The notes under the pieces are model-generated. The model was not told the origin of the DNA and made no database searches. It worked only from the letters and a program-made list of their open reading frames with translations. Source: a virus (taxonomy: Duplodnaviria; Caudoviricetes). From it: a stretch of DNA of 28,571 nucleotides. How positions within the stretch are numbered: the stretch's first letter is position 1; each line of letters starts with the position of its first letter. This document shows, in pieces, positions 25,951 through 28,571 of the stretch. Position numbers and translations under genes: made by a program. Where the stretch lies: the IMG/VR virus record IMGVR_UViG_3300027205_000010, positions 1-28,571 of that record. The stretch is one strand, 5' to 3'.

Positions 25951-26532
25951 TTATTTAATTTTGTCTAATATAGAATCCATTACGTTACGCGGTCTTTTAG
26001 AACCAATTTTAGTGAATTCAATTTCTTTTGTATTCTCGGGGTTGAAACTAATTGGTTTAATGTCCGAAAGTTCGGTTGATTCTAATTCAACTTCGTCAAC
26101 TTTGGTTAATAATTCCAACTTAGCTTTTAACTCGTTATTTTCTTTTGTAAGCGCTTCCATTTCTGAAAAGAAAGTTTCTTTAACTACGCTTTCAATTGTT
26201 TTCTTAGGTGTTGACTTTTCAACTTGTGCTTCAACTTCTTCTTCAACAACTTCTTCTTCAGCAACTGGCGCTTCTTCTTCTTCGGCTTCAGCTTCTTTGT
26301 AGTCCGATATAATACCTTCTTCAACAACAACTAAAATAAAGCCGTCTTCCATTTCGTATTCACCAATTGGAACGGGTATTTTTTGCTCGTCTTCAGTTAT
26401 AACAAAAACTTCGTTTTCAGCTTCGAATGCGTCCGCTTCTATTAGTGTAACGCCGTCCGCCATTTTTCTTTGTTCTAACTTTACGTCCATTCCAAGTAAA
26501 GTTTTGATTTGATTAATTACGCTTGTTTTCAT
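25951..26532 (-). CDS. Capsid scaffolding protein
   Basis: Very acidic with a coiled coil and a C-terminal amphipathic helix NVMDSILDKIK; directly upstream of the capsid gene. Confidence 0.75.
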   Translation of the reverse strand: MKTSVINQIKTLLGMDVKLEQRKMADGVTLIEADAFEAENEVFVITEDEQKIPVPIGEYEMEDGFILVVVEEGIISDYKEAEAEEEEAPVAEEEVVEEEVEAQVEKSTPKKTIESVVKETFFSEMEALTKENNELKAKLELLTKVDEVELESTELSDIKPISFNPENTKEIEFTKIGSKRPRNVMDSILDKIK

Positions 26533-26550
26533 ATTTGATTTTTGTTTATA

Positions 26551-26913
26551 TTAAATTGATTTGATTTTATTAATTAAAGATTTAATTATTTTGGGGTCTC
26601 CAGAACCAGCTAAACTCAACGCCTCTTTTCCTTCTTTTGTTGAATTAAAATCCAAACCTATTTCTTTAGACGTTTTACTTAATTGACCATATAAAGTTTC
26701 AAGTTTCCCCTCGCTTCCCGCATATTTTTCACCAAAAAATATAACAAGTTTTTTAAAATCATTAAATTTAGTATAGGCATCGTTAAATTCTTTATAATCT
26801 GACGTCGCCGTGCTTAATAATTTTCGAAAATCATCAATCAAAGTTAATTCTACTTCGTGTTTTGCTAACTCAGTCTTGCCTATTTTGTCGTAAATTGTTT
26901 TTAGTGTATTCAT
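26551..26913 (-). CDS. Leader-KELGLD family protein, copy 3 (120 aa)
   Basis: MNTLKTIYDKIGKTELAKHEVEL leader; SKEIGLD motif. Confidence 0.85.
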   Translation of the reverse strand: MNTLKTIYDKIGKTELAKHEVELTLIDDFRKLLSTATSDYKEFNDAYTKFNDFKKLVIFFGEKYAGSEGKLETLYGQLSKTSKEIGLDFNSTKEGKEALSLAGSGDPKIIKSLINKIKSI

Positions 26914-27275
26914 ATGTTAGGCTGTTTTAAATAATCAGTATAGGTTTTATAAATACTATTAGATGTGCTAATTTCGCTTTCCGCTTGTTTTATTACGGGG
27001 TCATTAGTTGCGTCTAATCCTAATTCTTTTGCTTGTGTTTTAATTATAGAAACTAATTTTTCCGCCTCATCTAAATTTAATTTAACTTTTGGAAATTGTT
27101 CTTTTGCATAATCAACAACTTGTTTTTTTAAAGCAAAAAATTTATTTGAGCCGTCTCTTAACGCTACTAATTTTTTATTAATTGTGTTTAAGTCGTCTAA
27201 TTTTGTCAACTCAACTTTATGGTTTGCTAAATCCGTTTTGCCTAATTTGTCGTAAATGGTTTTTAGTGTGTTCAT
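26910..27275 (-). CDS. Leader-KELGLD family protein, copy 2 (121 aa)
   Basis: MNTLKTIYDKLGKTDLANHKVEL leader; AKELGLD motif. Confidence 0.85.
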   Translation of the reverse strand: MNTLKTIYDKLGKTDLANHKVELTKLDDLNTINKKLVALRDGSNKFFALKKQVVDYAKEQFPKVKLNLDEAEKLVSIIKTQAKELGLDATNDPVIKQAESEISTSNSIYKTYTDYLKQPNI

Positions 27276-27286
27276 CTATTTTTTAA

Positions 27287-27637
27287 TTAAAGATTTCCAA
27301 TAGCATCTTGTAATGACTTCAATGTGTCTTTTATAGTTTTATTAAATTCATTAATTAACATTTTAGGTTTATCCAATTCTTTCATTAAAGAATCCGCACC
27401 TAATTCTTTTGCGGTTGTTTCAATTTTTTGAACTGCTTTTAATGCCGTATCAACTATTTTACTATTTTTAATTAGTAAATCTTCTATTTTTAGAAAAGTA
27501 GGTCTTATGCTTGTTAAACTATCAGCAACAACATTAAGGTCTTTGGTAATATCTTGAACTAATCCTAAATTAACTTCGTGTTTTGCTAACTCGGTTTTAG
27601 CGCCTATCTTATCGTAAATTGTTTTTAGTGTGTTCAT
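27287..27637 (-). CDS. Leader-KELGLD family protein, copy 1 (116 aa)
   Basis: MNTLKTIYDKIGAKTELAKHEVNL leader; AKELGAD motif. Confidence 0.85.
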   Translation of the reverse strand: MNTLKTIYDKIGAKTELAKHEVNLGLVQDITKDLNVVADSLTSIRPTFLKIEDLLIKNSKIVDTALKAVQKIETTAKELGADSLMKELDKPKMLINEFNKTIKDTLKSLQDAIGNL

Positions 27638-27668
27638 ATAACTATAATTTAATTGTTTATTTTTTGTT
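27638..27668 (-). promoter_or_regulatory. Putative phage late promoter D
   Basis: AACAA aaaataaacaatt AAATTATA gttat ATG(27637). Confidence 0.75.
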
Positions 27669-27674
27669 GTAAAA

Positions 27675-27848
27675 TTAGTTTACGTTTCCAATTCCTTGAG
27701 CTTGTAAAGACCCGTCGCAACACTTCCGAGAATAGCGCTTTCCGTCCTTACATAAACAACCCCTTCGACCTCCAATTGGGCTTGAACGGGGTCTTTCAAT
27801 TTCTTTTTTTGCTACGTCTGAAACCTTTATGTTTGTTGGATTTTTCAT
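27675..27848 (-). CDS. Cys-rich microprotein (57 aa, ...SSPIGGRRGCLCKDGKRYSRKCCDGSLQAQGIGNVN)
   Basis: Manual translation; CxC...CC motif; GC-richer, coding-like composition. Confidence 0.7.
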   Translation of the reverse strand: MKNPTNIKVSDVAKKEIERPRSSPIGGRRGCLCKDGKRYSRKCCDGSLQAQGIGNVN

Positions 27849-27892
27849 TATCTTTAGTTTTAGGTATAATCTATCGTCAAAGTATTAAAGTT

Positions 27893-27922
27893 CGTTAAAT
27901 CGCGTTAAAACCGCGTTAAAAC
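27893..27922. repeat. Phased CGTTAAA repeats including tandem CGCGTTAAAAC x2
   Basis: CGTTAAA at 27893, 27903 and 27914; intergenic. Confidence 0.7.
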
Positions 27923-27938
27923 GCATTTATGTTTTTTA

Positions 27939-28076
27939 TTATCTTCCTTGCCTTGCGTACAATTTCTTGTAATTTTTACTTGATTTTAACCCGCTATTTC
28001 TTGTTTTTGAGTGTACTCCAGAACGCTTAATTTTTGGTTTTCTCAAGTGGTTTTGTACGCTCGTTTGCTTTGCCAT
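27939..28076 (-). CDS. Highly basic microprotein (45 aa, MAKQTSVQNHLRKPKIKRSGVHSK...KNYKKLYARQGR)
   Basis: Manual translation; ATG immediately follows the protease stop; no acidic residues. Confidence 0.7.
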   Translation of the reverse strand: MAKQTSVQNHLRKPKIKRSGVHSKTRNSGLKSSKNYKKLYARQGR

Positions 28077-28571
28077 TTAGAATCCAAATTTTTGAATATT
28101 GATTAGTATTTTGTCAATTACATCTTTTCTACCTTCAATAGCTTGCATTACTGATTGAGCTTGTTTGTAAAAATCAGTTCCTTTAAAATCTAATCCTAAT
28201 TCTTTAGCTTGTTTTTCTGATTGAAATAATGGCTCGTTAATATTACTTAATAAAACATTATATTTTACTTCTATTTCTCTTGCTTTTATAATAACTGCAT
28301 TTAAACTAGATTTAAAATCACTATATAAATTAGCTTCTTGCTTTTTACCTTCTGCTATTCCTTTTTTTAAATCGTCAATTAAACTTAAATCTACTTTATT
28401 GCTTTTTAATTCGCTTTTTTCTATTAACGACTTAATTTTTTCAATCATTGCTTTTTCTTTCATATCTATATTTTTTGAATTCATTTCGTATCTGTCCGCA
28501 AAATAACCTTCAATAGAAAATCCTTTTACTTCGCCTAATTTAACTTTGTTCCAAATTTCGTCGTTGTTTAC
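28077..28571 (-). CDS. Prohead protease, C-terminal part with fused KELGLD domain
   Basis: Open to the contig end and in frame with 1..575. KSELKSNKVDLSLIDD...QAKELGLD matches the three paralogues. Confidence 0.85.
   Translation of the reverse strand, partial: VNNDEIWNKVKLGEVKGFSIEGYFADRYEMNSKNIDMKEKAMIEKIKSLIEKSELKSNKVDLSLIDDLKKGIAEGKKQEANLYSDFKSSLNAVIIKAREIEVKYNVLLSNINEPLFQSEKQAKELGLDFKGTDFYKQAQSVMQAIEGRKDVIDKILINIQKFGF
28446..28571. repeat. Terminal direct repeat, right copy (126 bp)
   Basis: Identical to 24-149. Confidence 0.95.

Noticed and set aside
26846-27637. Repeated leader DNA as a CRISPR array, DGR or integron cassette array
   Set aside because: The repeats are coding, imperfect and about 360 bp apart. 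There is no cas, reverse transcriptase, integrase or attC-like structure, and differences are not adenine-specific.
2146-27898. All plus-strand ORFs in the track (e.g. 2146-2607, 2761-3189, 6973-7323, 14314-14676, 22180-22554, 25961-26302, 27653-27898)
   Set aside because: They are antisense shadows of well-supported minus-strand genes, with Phe/Ser/Leu-biased sequences and no motifs.
28077-28484. 135-aa ORF as a stand-alone gene
   Set aside because: The frame stays open upstream through the end overlap; it is the C-terminus of the protease starting at 575.
1-28571. Alternative genetic code or stop-codon reassignment
   Set aside because: Genes tile the minus strand densely under the standard code, with TAA, TGA and TAG all used as stops.

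Overview
The window is an apparently complete, circularly permuted tailed dsDNA phage genome of about 28,422 bp: positions 24-149 are repeated exactly at 28446-28571. Every credible gene is on the minus strand. The host is probably a Bacteroidetes (Flavobacteriia-like) bacterium, judged from TTG-N17-22-TAnnTTTG promoters and a DUF3127-type SSB. Early module (18.6 to 11 kb): small genes, a DnaA-domain-IV-like HTH protein, a lambda-O-like initiator with internal iterons, SF4 helicase, DNA methyltransferase, NinG, ERF, YqaJ-like exonuclease, SSB-like protein and a phage sigma factor. Late module: terminases, a frameshifted chaperone, tail genes, a tape-measure-like protein, an XkdF-type prohead protease spanning the contig ends, scaffold, major capsid, tail tube, portal, holin, endolysin, u-spanin and a metallophosphoesterase. 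No integrase, repressor, tRNA or CRISPR was seen. Best candidate for an undescribed system: a tandem array of three diverged helical 'KELGLD' proteins between protease and scaffold, plus a fourth copy of the domain fused to the protease. The three free-standing copies share an N-terminal leader that mimics the scaffold C-terminal helix and carries a putative protease site. This looks like a swappable capsid-cargo cassette, and the contig records allelic variation at the junction of the fused copy. Other strong signals are four precisely spaced AACAA-N13-WAATTATA-N5-ATG late promoters, a kissing-loop/terminator leader upstream of the initiator, and a perfect Fur-box-like palindrome at the early promoter. 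All functional calls come from motif recognition by eye; no database search was run.
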